A DNA stretch of 55,048 nt, taken from a virus. Its lineage: Duplodnaviria; Caudoviricetes. Positions 44,930 to 55,048 of this stretch are shown in pieces (position 1 is the first letter of the stretch; the number at the start of each line of letters is the position of its first letter). A program made the translations under genes and the position numbers. The notes under the pieces are model-generated. The model did no database searches. It was given only the letters and a program-made list of their open reading frames with translations, and had not been told where the DNA came from. The stretch lies in the IMG/VR virus record IMGVR_UViG_3300029448_000054, positions 1-55,048 of that record. The stretch is one strand, 5' to 3'.

Positions 44930-45414
44930 GATCTTGATATGATAAAAATCATACCAAGGAAAAATGTTGCGGCTGCAAGCACAGCACCACTTATCATCAA
45001 CAGTTGTTTCATATTTTCAGCAGCTTCTTTTTCTTGTTTACGTTTTAAACGACGAGCTTCAGCCGCAGCTTCTTTAGCTTCGCGTATACGTTTAGCTCTT
45101 TCATCTACGATACTTCTCCATGTTCCATGACCAAACCGCATATCAACCATACTGGCTATTTCGCGCATTTGTTCTTGGGCTAACTTTGCATCTATTATTT
45201 CTCTAGCAACATTAGTAACACCAAACTGATCACCAACACTAACGCCGGACTGTTGGCTACGACGTTGTTGGACTTGTTTTTCTCCCTCAAAGAGTTTGTC
45301 TATAAAACCCGCAATCTCACCGACATCATTAGCAGTACCAATAGCACCTTTAATACCATCAACAGCACTTTTGAATAAGGCTATCCCTGCGAGAGCAGTA
45401 GATATAGGTTCCAT
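44926..45414 (-). CDS. Coiled-coil membrane-anchored protein
   Basis: MEP.S.ALAG N-terminus, RFG..TW, C-terminal TM helix; follows the lysozyme. Confidence 0.6.
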   Translation of the reverse strand: MEPISTALAGIALFKSAVDGIKGAIGTANDVGEIAGFIDKLFEGEKQVQQRRSQQSGVSVGDQFGVTNVAREIIDAKLAQEQMREIASMVDMRFGHGTWRSIVDERAKRIREAKEAAAEARRLKRKQEKEAAENMKQLLMISGAVLAAATFFLGMIFIISRS

Positions 45415-45415
45415 A

Positions 45416-45856
45416 TCATACCTCCCGCATACGGGAGACTAACCGTTTAGCACGATTTGTTACTTGGTGATACCATTTTGAGTCAACCATCTCATCGGCT
45501 GCTTGCTGCCAATCACGTGCATCGACACCAGCTTTCATACCTTTGAATTTGCTTAACCGAGGGTATCCCATATTGAACATCATATTTGCTATTATTAGTT
45601 GCACTTCTTCTGGTAAGGAATCAAAGTCGGGGTACAATCGTTCACAGTCTTCGAGGACTGTTCCAACATCTTTATTAAAGCACTCTGCGACTCTATCTGT
45701 TGTGATAAATGTTCCGACTGGACGGTTATACTCTTCGTCAGATTCAGTGACCAAGTGACCAATCCCAAAAGTAGGCAGACCCAAATGATCCAAGTATATT
45801 TCATACTTACACCCCTCATCTGCTTCTATTTGTTTCCGTAATAATTCAAGATCCAT
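45416..45856 (-). CDS. Lysozyme/endolysin (GH24, T4-like)
   Basis: E-x8-D-x5-T catalytic pattern in DEGCKYEIYLDHLGLPTFGIGH; NM.FNMG, S.W..Q...RA.RL. Confidence 0.9.
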   Translation of the reverse strand: MDLELLRKQIEADEGCKYEIYLDHLGLPTFGIGHLVTESDEEYNRPVGTFITTDRVAECFNKDVGTVLEDCERLYPDFDSLPEEVQLIIANMMFNMGYPRLSKFKGMKAGVDARDWQQAADEMVDSKWYHQVTNRAKRLVSRMREV

Positions 45857-48800
45857 TATGCTAATCCCATGATACCTTGGTTACGACGATTTGCTATTGC
45901 ACCACCTAACTCATCGCGAGGAAACAGAGAGGAAAAGTTCGTAATCCCTGCACCCTGACTAGCTCTAGGTGGTGGTTGTATCTGTGGTGCGCTCGCTAAT
46001 TGTGTAGGCGCAGGAGTAGTAGGGGCAATAGGTGGTGCGCTCACTACTTGTGTAGGTGCAGGAGGAGCAGCAACAGCGGCGAACTCATCACCCATCTCAG
46101 GTGGTTGCCCTGTGCGCTCTACTTCCTCTTTTGGTGTTTCTACATCTTTACTAAAACCATCACCTAATTGACCAAGTATATTGGCAAATACATTACCTCT
46201 TCGTTTATTCCAAAATCTTCCTAATCCAGGCTTACCACCATAGAGTTTTTTCAGTTGGGAAACAGAGGGAGGTGTAGCAAAAACACTTGCCATAATATTA
46301 TTGGTAAGGATAGTTCTAAAAGCCTGAAGTTCTAACCTAGCAACTCCTGAAACAGCTGATGCAGCTTGAATTTGACCACCAGCATCTATTTGAAAACCAG
46401 CTAAAAACGATGAATATATCTGATTATCTTGTAAATCTTTTATGTAAGAAGATGCTTTTTTATCATAAGTAGGAACATCACCTTTTATTGTAGCTGATTG
46501 AAATAAGGGTTTAAATTTAGCATAATCTTGTGAAAAATTAGTCAAATCAGTAAAGGCTTGAGCTAAAGGAGCTGGCTGAATAATATTTAAACCCTGTTTA
46601 TCAAAAGTAGAATTAGAGTCTAATATTTGTTTGAATATTGCTGCTCGCATATCGGTAGCTGTTTTACCATTTAATCCACCATTTCTATTTACAAAGTTGA
46701 TTATTTCGGCTTCTGTCATCTCATTAATAGATGTTAAAGCTCTTTCACCAACTGTCATCCTGCGGGACATCGCGGCATTGATGCCATCAGATTGTAACCA
46801 TGATGATTGCCTAGCTATATTTTCTAGAGCTTTACGGTCACCAGCATCAGGAACCATTTTTGCAAATAGATCATTATCCGCTTCCGTTATTTGACGAATA
46901 CGTTGTTGTGTCAATGCTGGATTTTGGTACAGCCAAGTGATAAAACCATCTTGTACATCTGCCACTAATTGACTAGCTGCAAGTTTACCATCAGGTCTAT
47001 TACCCGCCGCAGCTTTTGACATTTTGGTAAAATAATCCCAATCACGTGAGGTAAACTGACCTGTCCAAAACTTTTCTGCTAACTCATTTGGCATTACTTC
47101 TGACTTACGCGAAAACATACTGGCTATATTAGAAGCATTGAGTGTATCAGACTTTAACCTAGCTAGTGTTTTAGCTTCATCATAAAACTTTAAAAAGTCT
47201 GTGCCGCCGCCTGTGGGGTTTTCAAGTATATCATCTATAGCATCAATAATTTGTTTAGCTGATTTAGAATCAGCTTGATCATTCATTAATTTACTTGCTC
47301 TATCCCGTAATGCTTTTAACTGACTAAGCGAATCAAAACTAATTTTTTTACCTTGGTCTTTAACTACAAGTTTTTCAACATTTGGATTAATTACATTTAA
47401 TAAAGCATCTGTAATTTCTTTTAGTTCACCACTTAACTCACCTTGAGCACGAGTGGTAGGTGTTGGAATTAATTTACCTTTTGCATCAATAGCTCTACCA
47501 GATTTATCGGTGCGCCTTGGAACTGTTCTTATTTGTGTTCCTAATTGTATTGATCTAGCAATATCTTTTAGTGGGCTAAGATCAAATACTACACTATCCG
47601 CACCAGCCGTATTAAAGGCTTTTTTGTATGCCTGATCAATAAGCTCATTGTGTGAAACTTGCAGTTTTCCAGCAGATGTGCGTATGTTTTGCTCAATAGC
47701 TTCCAGTGTCATACCTTCGGGTAGTTTGCCACCAAATCTATTAGCAACTACTTGATAAACTTGTTCAGCTAAATCATCTTGTTGTAATTTGGTATAGGTG
47801 CTTAATTCATTTGCGGTAAATGAATCAAAATTACTTGCTGCTTTTGTTTTCAATGCTTCATACAATTTACGCTGTTGATTATTTAATAATCTTCCAGGAA
47901 TACTGGATGTTCCAGCCGTTTGTGTAAATGCTGCTTGAAGTAATTTGTTTTCTGTCGCTAATTGTGCTGCTCCAAACAATGGCAAATTAAGCCGTTCTGC
48001 CGCTTCCTGTGCAGCTAATGCTTGTTCTCCCGCTGCTTTTTTTGCAAGGATAGAACCGCCCTCTTCGCCAGTAAAGGCTTGCCTGAATTTACCTCCAGCA
48101 ACAGGGAGAAACTTAGTTATTAGTCCATCAATCAAACCGATTGTTGCAGCATCTTTTACACTAAGTTTTTCAATCAATTCTTCTTGAGTCATAGAAGTTT
48201 CATCAAGAATAGCTTGATCAATTAAATTACCTACAGTAGCTCCCGCAGCCGTGCCAACTAGAGGACTTAAAAATGTTCCTGCAACACTACCCGCTGTCGT
48301 AAAATTCAAAACATTACCAGTAAAACTAGCTATCTCATTACTTATATCACTTAAACCAGTGGGGTCTACAGCAAATACATCACCACCATCTGTGATACTA
48401 TACACTTCAGCAAACTTATTACCGCCTGTAGGGATCCTTGAGTATTTACCATCAGGATGATGTTTTTTAAAATATGCTTGGCGGTCAGCAAAAGTACCTG
48501 TTGTTCGCCTACGAGCTAATCCATCAGATACATTAAAACTCATTGGTCCAACAGTTTTACTACCCTGCCAATTATCACCAACTGTTTCACCAACAACTTG
48601 ATCAATACGCATAATTTCTGTTTCTAGAAACTCATTGTATTGTTCCATAGTTCTTGCATCACGAGCTTTAGTAATATCTATATCAATAGGTTGGAACTCA
48701 TTAGGGTCAGGCTCACCTAACCCTATAATGCGTAAATCATTTTGTATTTGTGCTTCAAGAGCTGCCGCATCAAGATCTTTATCTGCACCAGTAGCAATAA

Positions 48801-48957
48801 AATCTGCACCAGTAAAAGGTGTAAACCTAGCTCCTCCAGGAGTATAATCAATAGTTGGTGTTGTTTCTGCGGGTGTGGCAGTCACACCAAAATTACTAAT
48901 TGCTTGAGTGGCTGCAGGAGTTACACCGCTAGTTGTTGTGACGCCAAAGTTTTTCAT
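45856..48957 (-). CDS. Large internal virion (ejection) protein
   Basis: 1033 aa, helical, Pro-rich linker, C-terminal LFP.D..G..I; last of the internal protein series. Confidence 0.65.
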   Translation of the reverse strand: MKNFGVTTTSGVTPAATQAISNFGVTATPAETTPTIDYTPGGARFTPFTGADFIATGADKDLDAAALEAQIQNDLRIIGLGEPDPNEFQPIDIDITKARDARTMEQYNEFLETEIMRIDQVVGETVGDNWQGSKTVGPMSFNVSDGLARRRTTGTFADRQAYFKKHHPDGKYSRIPTGGNKFAEVYSITDGGDVFAVDPTGLSDISNEIASFTGNVLNFTTAGSVAGTFLSPLVGTAAGATVGNLIDQAILDETSMTQEELIEKLSVKDAATIGLIDGLITKFLPVAGGKFRQAFTGEEGGSILAKKAAGEQALAAQEAAERLNLPLFGAAQLATENKLLQAAFTQTAGTSSIPGRLLNNQQRKLYEALKTKAASNFDSFTANELSTYTKLQQDDLAEQVYQVVANRFGGKLPEGMTLEAIEQNIRTSAGKLQVSHNELIDQAYKKAFNTAGADSVVFDLSPLKDIARSIQLGTQIRTVPRRTDKSGRAIDAKGKLIPTPTTRAQGELSGELKEITDALLNVINPNVEKLVVKDQGKKISFDSLSQLKALRDRASKLMNDQADSKSAKQIIDAIDDILENPTGGGTDFLKFYDEAKTLARLKSDTLNASNIASMFSRKSEVMPNELAEKFWTGQFTSRDWDYFTKMSKAAAGNRPDGKLAASQLVADVQDGFITWLYQNPALTQQRIRQITEADNDLFAKMVPDAGDRKALENIARQSSWLQSDGINAAMSRRMTVGERALTSINEMTEAEIINFVNRNGGLNGKTATDMRAAIFKQILDSNSTFDKQGLNIIQPAPLAQAFTDLTNFSQDYAKFKPLFQSATIKGDVPTYDKKASSYIKDLQDNQIYSSFLAGFQIDAGGQIQAASAVSGVARLELQAFRTILTNNIMASVFATPPSVSQLKKLYGGKPGLGRFWNKRRGNVFANILGQLGDGFSKDVETPKEEVERTGQPPEMGDEFAAVAAPPAPTQVVSAPPIAPTTPAPTQLASAPQIQPPPRASQGAGITNFSSLFPRDELGGAIANRRNQGIMGLA

Positions 48958-51368
48958 TAGTTTGACCCAGACAAATTAATCATGCTGTCGTAAAATGTAC
49001 CAGCATCAAGGTTTGCTAATCCAGGATTAGTAGCTTGTAAACTTGGGAAGTTGGCAATGAAAGTATTCCTATCCGGAGCAGCTTTAACAGCATTGTATCC
49101 TGCTACTTGATCAACTGGCACGAACCCACGATCTCCATTAGCATTTACAACAGCTAACGCACCATCAGGTATATTAGTTGCCTCGGTAACTGCGCCAGTT
49201 ATTTCATTACGGAGTTCATCTGTAATAACAGGATTATCTACTCTAATATTTCTCAAACCCTCATTAAATTTAGCATGAAGTTCTCTTGCACCTAGATTTT
49301 TATTAGCATCATCTAAATTAAACTGGGTAGCATATTCTGATTCAGCTTGAGCACGATTGTTAGCTGTAGCAAATACTTTATTAAGAACATTAAGACCTTT
49401 TTGTGAGACTAAAAGACTCGGACCAGCAGCTTTAATCAAATCAACTTCTGATTGATTCAAGTTTCCAGGAAAACTTTCTGCCATCATAACAGCAAACTGT
49501 GCGCTAACAGAACGTAATAGCTCACCAGAAGGCACATCATTACCTGTAGCACCGAAGAAATTATTAAAGCGGTCTTCACCGAGCATTGATTTCATCATAT
49601 CTCGGCCGCCCACTGCATCTACCATTTTAGTTATATTCAATCGTGTTTCTGCAAATGCTCCTGTTGTAAAGTTTTGTGAAGCTACTTGTGCCATATCTGC
49701 CATGTTTGAAAGTTTAGCAGCATTATCTGCGCCTTTATTTATATCGGTAATTTGTTTACCAAGCAAACCAGCAAACTCTTTATCCAATGCCTCATTAGGA
49801 TTAAACTGTGAAGTAACAGTAGTTTTACCTTTAATAAAAGCATCGATAGATTTAGTTACAAACAAATCTCTAGCTGCTGCTTTTTCAGCATCTGTACCCG
49901 ATGTTTTATCAAAAATCATTTGAGCTTGAGTATTCATAAGGTTAGTAAACTCAGGGTCTTTAGTTGTAAGTTTATCAGATAAGAACATCATTTCATTCTT
50001 AGCTTTTGCTACATCTGCATCAGTAGAAGCATCATTATTAGCAATAGCAGAAGCGGTATTAAATCTATCCATAAGTGCTATAAACTCAGGTGGTTGTACT
50101 CCTGTACCTTCAGCCCCTTCGATTTTAGTAGCTGAGTTTGTACTAGGGTCAAAAGCAAAATATCCTGTAGTAGCATTACCAAATATTTGATTTGCCTTAC
50201 CTGATCCTGCTTTTGCAGTCTGCACAGCATCTTTATCATCTAAATAAAAATATCCAAACTCAGAATCACCAAATATTTTAGGAGACTCACCCTGTCCAGT
50301 TACAACTGAAACATATTGATTATTATCATCTAAGTAACCATACCCTGAAGTTTTATTACCAAATATATCTTTTTTACGACCCAACCCCTCCCTCAAGGTA
50401 ATAGGTGTACTGGGATTAGCTGGATCAACAGCATAATAACCAATCGTTGCATCACCAAAAGTTTTGAGATCAGGAATCTTAAGTAAATCAGGTGCTACCT
50501 TTAATAGTAAATCAGACTCAGCTTTAGCTTTAGCTGTCTTACTTGCTGCGGTAGCTTCTGCTGCTTTTAATTTCACAGCTTGTTCAGTTTTGCTTTTAGC
50601 TTGAGCCATTTGCAAAATAGGATCACTTACAGCTTTAATTGTTTCAGGTGCTAAAACTGAAGTCAACAGCCCACCTTCTGGAGCATTAGCTACAGCAGCG
50701 GCTAAATTTAATCCGGCTATATAAGGGTTTAACTCATACCCTGTTTTATCACTACCCAATACATCTTTATAGTATTTAAGATTTTGGTCATATGTAGTAG
50801 CTTGGGGGACCAGACCCTGTAATGTTTTTAGAGTAGCTAAATTCATACCCGATGGAAATTTTGTTTCCCCTGTAGGTGGTGACCCATCTGCTCGCATTAC
50901 AGGTTGCTGACCACCCTGCATTGCATTAGCAGCACCTTGCATTGCACCCTGACTACCTAACTCACCAAGCATAGACATAATACCATCATCAGCAATAGCC
51001 CCACCCTCTTCCTGAGAGCCTTGTTCAGCGGAGTCTAGTAAAGTAAGGGAGGGCTGTATAAGAGTAAGTGCAGATTCGGGTGTTTTACCAGCATCTTCTT
51101 TACCAATATAACCAGCTAACTCATTACGTCGTTGGTCAATACTTTGATCATCACCACGGATAGCATTCATAATACCTACATAATCTTCAGCATTATCAAT
51201 ATCATCATTCATACTTTGGAGACCACCAGCTATCTCAGCTAGAGTACCCTCCATTTCAGCTTCTTGCTCAGGTGTAGTTTCTAACCCAGAAGTAATACCT
51301 GTCCCAGCAGCTTGTGGGACTTGGGTGGCTTGTCCACTAAACATTGCTCTCTGTAATACTGGATCCAT
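48957..51368 (-). CDS. Internal virion protein with internal FG..GY repeats
   Basis: 803 aa; N-terminal L.R.MF...GTGITSGL. Confidence 0.65.
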   Translation of the reverse strand: MDPVLQRAMFSGQATQVPQAAGTGITSGLETTPEQEAEMEGTLAEIAGGLQSMNDDIDNAEDYVGIMNAIRGDDQSIDQRRNELAGYIGKEDAGKTPESALTLIQPSLTLLDSAEQGSQEEGGAIADDGIMSMLGELGSQGAMQGAANAMQGGQQPVMRADGSPPTGETKFPSGMNLATLKTLQGLVPQATTYDQNLKYYKDVLGSDKTGYELNPYIAGLNLAAAVANAPEGGLLTSVLAPETIKAVSDPILQMAQAKSKTEQAVKLKAAEATAASKTAKAKAESDLLLKVAPDLLKIPDLKTFGDATIGYYAVDPANPSTPITLREGLGRKKDIFGNKTSGYGYLDDNNQYVSVVTGQGESPKIFGDSEFGYFYLDDKDAVQTAKAGSGKANQIFGNATTGYFAFDPSTNSATKIEGAEGTGVQPPEFIALMDRFNTASAIANNDASTDADVAKAKNEMMFLSDKLTTKDPEFTNLMNTQAQMIFDKTSGTDAEKAAARDLFVTKSIDAFIKGKTTVTSQFNPNEALDKEFAGLLGKQITDINKGADNAAKLSNMADMAQVASQNFTTGAFAETRLNITKMVDAVGGRDMMKSMLGEDRFNNFFGATGNDVPSGELLRSVSAQFAVMMAESFPGNLNQSEVDLIKAAGPSLLVSQKGLNVLNKVFATANNRAQAESEYATQFNLDDANKNLGARELHAKFNEGLRNIRVDNPVITDELRNEITGAVTEATNIPDGALAVVNANGDRGFVPVDQVAGYNAVKAAPDRNTFIANFPSLQATNPGLANLDAGTFYDSMINLSGSN

Positions 51369-52228
51369 TAACTAAACGCTTTCCCTGCTGCACCATACAA
51401 GCTCAACCCACCAATCCCCGCACCAATCAATTGATTTAGTATACTTGGGTTTGGTGCTGCTGATTGTGTAATTGTAGATTGAGTACTAGGCGCACCCCGC
51501 AATACATCACCATAGAAACCGAGCCGTTGATAAGGCTCAAAAATCTTAGCCATTTGGGTTTGACGAGTGGCTTCATCCCCCGCTTGTAGTATACCTCTTT
51601 GTTGTTCACCAAGTGAAAATAAGTTTGATTGATCAGCTATACCTAATTTAGTAGCTAATTCACCTATTCCTGCTTGTTGTAAACCGAGTTGGCCTAATGC
51701 TTGGCCTCCCGCTAAATTCCTACCCAGTTCATTTTGGGCGGCAGCTTGTGCTTGTAAAAAATTATCAGCTTGAGATTTTGCTAATGCCGCAGCTTCATTA
51801 CGACCTATCTCAGCTTGTTGAACAGCCGCACGACTACCGCCAAATGCTCCTGCTTGTGCTGCTTGCTGACCCATTTGTGACCGTTGCATATCAAAAGCAC
51901 GAGTAATTTCGCTTTGTATCGCTTGCTGGTATGGGTTCATATAAGAAGCCATTTGGTTTGCTGTAGGCGCACCCATTGAACCTTGTAAAGCAGCAAGACC
52001 TAGATCTTGTGTAGCTCCGGCATCAGTTAAATAAGATTGATAACCACCTAAACCAGTAGAAGCAGCATTTAATGCATCTGTTTGTGCTTGCGTCATACCT
52101 TGTGAGGTAATAGCTGGTTGCCCTCCAGTCGGAGGCGCACTCGTCAGAGCTTTAGCTTGCTCCATAAGGCCAAGTTTGTAAGCCTCAATTTCGGGGGCTT
52201 CTCTGGTAATTACCGTTTCGGTAGCCAT
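51368..52228 (-). CDS. Internal virion/DNA-transfer protein
   Basis: Gln/Ala/Gly-rich; YMNPYQ, AGAFGGSR, C-terminal Gly-hydrophobic helix. Confidence 0.7.
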   Translation of the reverse strand: MATETVITREAPEIEAYKLGLMEQAKALTSAPPTGGQPAITSQGMTQAQTDALNAASTGLGGYQSYLTDAGATQDLGLAALQGSMGAPTANQMASYMNPYQQAIQSEITRAFDMQRSQMGQQAAQAGAFGGSRAAVQQAEIGRNEAAALAKSQADNFLQAQAAAQNELGRNLAGGQALGQLGLQQAGIGELATKLGIADQSNLFSLGEQQRGILQAGDEATRQTQMAKIFEPYQRLGFYGDVLRGAPSTQSTITQSAAPNPSILNQLIGAGIGGLSLYGAAGKAFS

Positions 52229-52230
52229 TC

Positions 52231-53754
52231 TTAACCTCTTCTTTCCAAGGAACGCATCATATCATACATTCTTTGTGCGCCAGCCCTACGGTCACCACCA
52301 CCCGCCCCACGGACAGCTTTTGCATTCATAACAAATTCACCATCACTTAGCATAGCTGGTATAGAATCACTGGTTGGTGTTCCAGGACCATTGATTGCGC
52401 CACCCCCTGCGGCATACATTGCTGGAGGAGTATAAAACGTGGGCTCTTGGTAGTAAGGGTTATCACCATAGAAGCGATCATCAAAGAACCTATCAGGGTA
52501 CTGAGCTTTATACTCATCTAAAGTTAACCCTGTAGAATCATCTACACCATCATCATCATCATCTGTATAAGTGAGAGCAAGAGCCGCTGTTCCTGCTGCT
52601 CCTGCCGCATATAAACTAGGCGCAGCTTTTGTTAAGAAACTAGGAGCTCCTGCTGTAGCTGCTTCTGCTATTTTAGCACTAGCTTGGTCTGTAATTGCTT
52701 TTTTAGCTGCTAAATCAAGTGTTGAATCACCTAATGTACTAAGAGCTTGTGCAGCCTCACCTCTTGCTATTTGTTGTTGTATTGCCGGATCTATACTTGC
52801 ACGATTTGGGCTAAATATTGATTCTAACGTACCTTCACCACTTACTGCTCCTGTTTTCGGATCGACAGTAGCTTTAGCAGGATCATATAAATATTTTTCC
52901 ATAAATGATTTTTCAGAAGGAACAATAGGTTTATCAATTCCAGCACCAGCACCAGCACCAGCAGTAGCATCTACTTTAACTGCTTTAACAGGGTTTGAAC
53001 CTTCTGTCATAAACGCATTTTTATCAGCAGCATCAGCTGCACTAACTTGAGCTACTTGACCTGCACCACTACCACTCATACCAAAACCGTAAGGATTATC
53101 ATAACTCAAACCACCTATACCACCTGTAGAGCCAAACAATCTATCTGTTTGTAGTGCTCCAGCTTGTAATGGGTTCCCTGCGGCAAACTTTACATTTTTC
53201 ATAAATGAACCAGAACCACTAGCTGGACCACTAAATCCAGCCGTTACACCACCTATCGCACCTGATATAAGGGCTGATTTAGCAGCATCTTTTAAACTAC
53301 CACCTTGTAATAATGTTGTGATACCAGATCCAAGCGCACTACCATATATCGGACCAAGAGCAAAAGATAAAGCTATTGGTAATACTACTGGAGCTATTTT
53401 CTTTACGATTTTTTTGACACCCCGACTTATTTTCCTAAATATCTTTTTAAGGAAAAACTCAGGTTGACCAGTAACTGGATTAATACTATTTAATTCACTA
53501 CCTACAATATAACGCTCAGGCTCAATACCCATATCTTCCATTTGGGTAAACAACATTTGTTTTAACCGAGGGTTTTCATCCAATACTTCCATTGGAACCA
53601 TTGTTTCACCTTCAGCGGCATGAACAATGTATGTATCACCATTACGACCAAAATCTGCTAACATTTCTGCCGCAGACCTCATTGTTTCTAAACCACCTGT
53701 CGGAATGAAAGGTTGTTCTTGTACCTCGTATGGGAGTGTCGCTATACCTTGCAT
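52231..53754 (-). CDS. Internal virion protein
   Basis: GR.GDT..VH...GE, INP.TG.PEF, Gly-rich TM-like segment, GPGT.TSDSIPAMLSDGEFV; start likely 53754. Confidence 0.7.
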   Translation of the reverse strand: MQGIATLPYEVQEQPFIPTGGLETMRSAAEMLADFGRNGDTYIVHAAEGETMVPMEVLDENPRLKQMLFTQMEDMGIEPERYIVGSELNSINPVTGQPEFFLKKIFRKISRGVKKIVKKIAPVVLPIALSFALGPIYGSALGSGITTLLQGGSLKDAAKSALISGAIGGVTAGFSGPASGSGSFMKNVKFAAGNPLQAGALQTDRLFGSTGGIGGLSYDNPYGFGMSGSGAGQVAQVSAADAADKNAFMTEGSNPVKAVKVDATAGAGAGAGIDKPIVPSEKSFMEKYLYDPAKATVDPKTGAVSGEGTLESIFSPNRASIDPAIQQQIARGEAAQALSTLGDSTLDLAAKKAITDQASAKIAEAATAGAPSFLTKAAPSLYAAGAAGTAALALTYTDDDDDGVDDSTGLTLDEYKAQYPDRFFDDRFYGDNPYYQEPTFYTPPAMYAAGGGAINGPGTPTSDSIPAMLSDGEFVMNAKAVRGAGGGDRRAGAQRMYDMMRSLERRG

Positions 53755-53832
53755 CTTACTTTCCTTATAAAATGAGATGCAGGGTAGCAATGCCTGATAT
53801 TTGCTAATTGCATCATAACCATATTTTCTTCC

Positions 53833-54120
53833 CTATGCAACCGAGATAGTAACTGTTCCTATAGCGGTTGTTCCCTGCACACTACCAGAGTAAATTTCTT
53901 CTGATTCTATTATTTTTATAAACCCACCATCAGCTATATAAAAATCACCCTTTTCTAAAACATTAGCAGAACCACTACTAGGAATTCCTTGGAAGTTTAT
54001 ATCAGCAGACCTAACTTCATCTATTAATTGTTCTAATGTTCGTGCAAGTTGATGGATATAAACTTGATCATATTCACTAGGCGCAATAGGCAGTATCGGC
54101 CTGATTACTTTTTTACTCAT
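53833..54120 (-). CDS. Small tail-module protein
   Basis: LP.AP.EY...Y..QL.R.LE; ATGA-coupled. Confidence 0.6.
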   Translation of the reverse strand: MSKKVIRPILPIAPSEYDQVYIHQLARTLEQLIDEVRSADINFQGIPSSGSANVLEKGDFYIADGGFIKIIESEEIYSGSVQGTTAIGTVTISVA

Positions 54121-55048
54121 CTTCTGCCATCCGCACGGCTATCTAACCTTGGTGCGCCTAACCTCCATTTTACGCCAACTGCATCTTTTTCTACCCGAAT
54201 AGCCATTTGTCTACCCCGAGCGCGTAAATCAATTTTATCTGTATATTGTTCTACAGGAGAAGTAGCTGTGCGTACTGCAGAACCAGAAGCTGATTCTGTA
54301 AAACTGTCCCCTGAAAAATCTCTACTTTTTATAGTAAATTTAGCGGCAGGATTACTTGTACTAGAACCATCAAAAGTTAGATCTGGTATAATACGGTTTA
54401 CCAACATAAATTGTTGACCATCACCTATATCAAAATCAGATGATTCTACAAAAGCATTTATCGCAACTGCACTACCTGTACTGAAATCATCTTCACCATC
54501 TTCATGGTTATACAAATATGTATCTACACCTGTAGCTTGTGGGAAACTACGCAACCCAGAAGCACGGTCATTCCAAGCAGTGCGTACTAATGTCCCATAA
54601 TACCAGACTTGTTGCCCATAATTGTAGATTACATAACGGTCAATTTCTGATGAACTAGAAGAACAATAGAACCACCATACTTCAGTTTGACTAGCAATAG
54701 AACCGACATGAAATTTAAATGATTGCTGGTTATTCATATCACTAAATACATAATCGCGCACTGTACATGGGATAGCTTGAATACGGCCATCATATATATA
54801 GAAGTTTTCTTGACCCATCCAAAATACAATATCATTTACAGCAATAGCCGTATTTGGACCAGCTATACGAGTATTATCACCAATAAGTGAAACACCAAAA
54901 GTAAAAGGCGCACCAATAAACTGCATTGAGTAAAGTGATTGGTCTGTCCAAACAAGTATCTGACGGCTTGTCTGTATAGCTGTGATAATTTCACTACCTT
55001 TAGAAAGCCGTAAATCACCTGCTGTATTTGTAGCAGTAGGTGTCCAAT
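54117..55048 (-). CDS. Tail tubular protein B/head-stabilization-like protein, 5'-truncated by window edge
   Basis: Frame is open to the window end (WTPTATNTAGDLR...); FWMG..F..YDG, EVWWFY, RTAW.D, RARGRQ, WRLG..R.D...DGRR. Confidence 0.8.
   Translation of the reverse strand, partial: WTPTATNTAGDLRLSKGSEIITAIQTSRQILVWTDQSLYSMQFIGAPFTFGVSLIGDNTRIAGPNTAIAVNDIVFWMGQENFYIYDGRIQAIPCTVRDYVFSDMNNQQSFKFHVGSIASQTEVWWFYCSSSSSEIDRYVIYNYGQQVWYYGTLVRTAWNDRASGLRSFPQATGVDTYLYNHEDGEDDFSTGSAVAINAFVESSDFDIGDGQQFMLVNRIIPDLTFDGSSTSNPAAKFTIKSRDFSGDSFTESASGSAVRTATSPVEQYTDKIDLRARGRQMAIRVEKDAVGVKWRLGAPRLDSRADGRR

Larger units (their letters stand above)
1..55048. mobile_element. Tailed dsDNA bacteriophage genome (podovirus-like), near-complete, permuted within the tail module
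   Basis: TerL, TerS, portal, major capsid, PolA, primase, helicases and lysozyme in a dense, almost single-strand gene layout. No tape-measure, sheath, integrase or host housekeeping genes seen. Confidence 0.97.

Noticed and set aside
1001-54417. Numerous plus-strand and alternative-frame ORFs in the track (e.g. 2774..3400, 14980..15552, 24813..25151, 34795..35415, 52571..53050)
   Set aside because: They are shadows of well-supported minus-strand genes, with no RBS or family motifs.

Overview
The window is most of a ~55+ kb tailed dsDNA phage genome, podovirus-like and probably marine. It is cut inside the tail module at both ends. The host is probably an alphaproteobacterium, inferred from extended AGAAAGG(AG) Shine-Dalgarno sequences. 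All credible genes except the SNF2 helicase lie on the minus strand. Modules: tail/head/capsid/GroES/portal/TerL (1-20220); a TerS-TerL interval with unusual DNA (20220-23650); small early genes (23650-29200); replication and DNA modification (29266-44929); lysozyme, internal virion and tail genes (44926-55048). The modification cluster contains a dUMP-hydroxymethylase-type thymidylate synthase, a radical SAM/SPASM enzyme, a TET/JBP-associated-type glycosyltransferase, an aGPT-Pplase1-like helical protein, and HD and MazG-like hydrolases, but no visible P-loop 5hmdU kinase. The most striking observation is a 696-nt stretch (20373-21068) with no GA or TC dinucleotide at all. It holds a gene with its RBS and downstream hairpins, and encodes an Asp/Glu-free paralog of a nearby normal gene. 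I infer a modification-free 'bootstrap' gene linked to TC-directed thymidine hypermodification; this is a hypothesis. Other observations: a repeated RBS hairpin with an RYAGAAAG loop, two candidate pseudoknot/kissing-loop RNAs and two inverted origin-like sites. Family assignments come from motif recognition only; no database search was run.
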